DNA of 49,373 bases from Octopus bimaculoides (Eukaryota), in the NCBI RefSeq assembly GCF_001194135.2, contig NC_068986.1:109482575-109531947 (forward strand). The letters are read 5' to 3'. How positions within the stretch are numbered: position 1 is the stretch's first letter; every line of letters starts with the position of its first letter. The notes beneath the pieces are model-generated. The model saw nothing but the letters and a program-made list of their open reading frames with translations, was not told the DNA's origin and did not search any database. Both the position numbers and the translations under genes were made by a program. Positions 47,871 to 49,373 of the stretch are shown here, piece by piece.

Positions 47871-48689
47871 GTGAGTAATGGTTTTAAATTTTGATATCAG
47901 GTAGGGGACTCCGAAAGGGGTCTCAGAGAGTAGCATCCCTGCCTTCCTGGGCTAGTTTTCCACCACATTTCTTAAAAATCATGGTAGAGGCCTTAGTCTC
48001 ATGTCTAGAAACTGAGGTTGGGAGTAAGCAAGGGCATGCTTCCTGTAGAAAATCCAGCTCCAAAAAAGCCTCATGATAGCAAAGGAGAATGGGAACCAAC
48101 CAGCCCAAAGGTCCGTCTGACTGACTCCCGTGCTGGTGGCATGTATAAAGCACCAACCGATCATGGCTGATGCCAGTACCCACTGACTGGCTCTTGTGCT
48201 AGTGGCACGTAAAAAAGCACTATCCGAACGTCGATGCCAGGGCTGTCTGAGTGGTGGCATGTAAAAAGCACCCACTACACTCTTAGAGTGGTTAGCATTA
48301 GGAAAGGCATCCAGCTGTAGAAATATTGCCAGATCAGATTGGAGCTTGGTGCAGTCAAACCGTCCAACCCATGCCAGCACGGAAAATGGACGTTAAACGA
48401 TGATGATGATGATATCAATAACTATAATGTAACTTTTATCATATTTCTTGGTGCTTATACGAAATGAAACATGAATATTAATTTCCAAAGCAAATGTATT
48501 TATTACTTAAAAACAAAACAAATTTCTTATTTGTATAATTCCTTCCATAAATATTCTATCAGTTACTCCTCCTCTTCTCCTTGTTTCTCTTTCACTCTTT
48601 CTTTCTTACTGTGTCCAGTTGTGGCTTGTGTTTGTTTATATAGAGCATTCTTGTATTCACTGCATGTTCCCAAGCCTGTCCCTCCATGT

Positions 48690-48723
<34 letters not shown>

Positions 48724-49373
48724 AAATCAACCGACCAATCCTTTGTATCAGCCTTTATTATTCCAGAGAGATTATCTCCCCTTAAACATTAATCTCTCTG
48801 TGATTTATTCGGAATGAACATATGGAGACTTTCAGCTGCGCAGCCTGAAAACAAATTTGTTTTGAGATTTAACCTTTGAAACCCTATATCTATATCATTG
48901 ATAAGAAAATATTGATAATGTTTTTAGAGAATACTACTATTATCTGGAGTTTTATCAGGTGATCACAGTTCCTTACCTGCCAAACAATGTAGTTACTGAT
49001 GAATCAGTCTTTATACATTGGACTGGATAATAGCTGTTGTTGTTATTGTACAGATAAGACCCTTAGCCAAGTCTTTTGTGAGGACCAGTTCTGGAAGGTC
49101 AGGCAGTTTTTCTTTGCCCAGTGGCTAAGCTAAAAGAGATTGTATACTCTTTACTCTTTTACTTGTTTCAGTCATTTGACTGTGGCCATGCTGGAGCACT
49201 GCCTTTAGTCAAGCAAATTGACCTCAGGACTTATTCTTTGTAAGCCTAGTACTTATTCTATCTGTCTCTTTTGCTGAACCGCTAAGTTATGGAGACGTAA
49301 ACACACCAGCATCGGTTGTCAAGCGATGTTGGAAGGGGACAAACACAGACGCACAAACATATACACTATACAT

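Overview
Eukaryotic (animal), AT-rich, repeat-dense, mostly intronic/intergenic DNA from a gapped draft assembly (10 N-gaps, most next to microsatellites or low-complexity runs). The SINE/LINE families and microsatellite load look like an octopus (coleoid cephalopod) genome; that is recognition from memory, not a database result. Well supported: the first coding exon of a TMEM63/OSCA (CSC1-like) channel gene (- strand, 2072-2227); a Nudix hydrolase exon of NUDT8 type (+ strand, 47403-47870); an intact tRNA-Glu(CTC) gene (- strand, 42707-42778); decayed transposons (RTE, L1/Tx1-like and restriction-like-endonuclease LINE fragments, mariner, maT-like, Tigger, piggyBac-like MITEs, a HINE-like element, at least three SINE families). 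No CRISPR array or prokaryote-type system is present, and I cannot support a wholly new biological system. The best leads are: a 49-bp near-perfect hairpin at 8628-8731; a candidate 10-nt microexon splicing in frame to a 138-nt exon across the tRNA gene; a distant mitochondrial-leader exon in phase with NUDT8; uORFs on TMEM63; and several long fold-back elements. All splice-based gene models beyond the two recognised exons are inferences needing RNA-seq.
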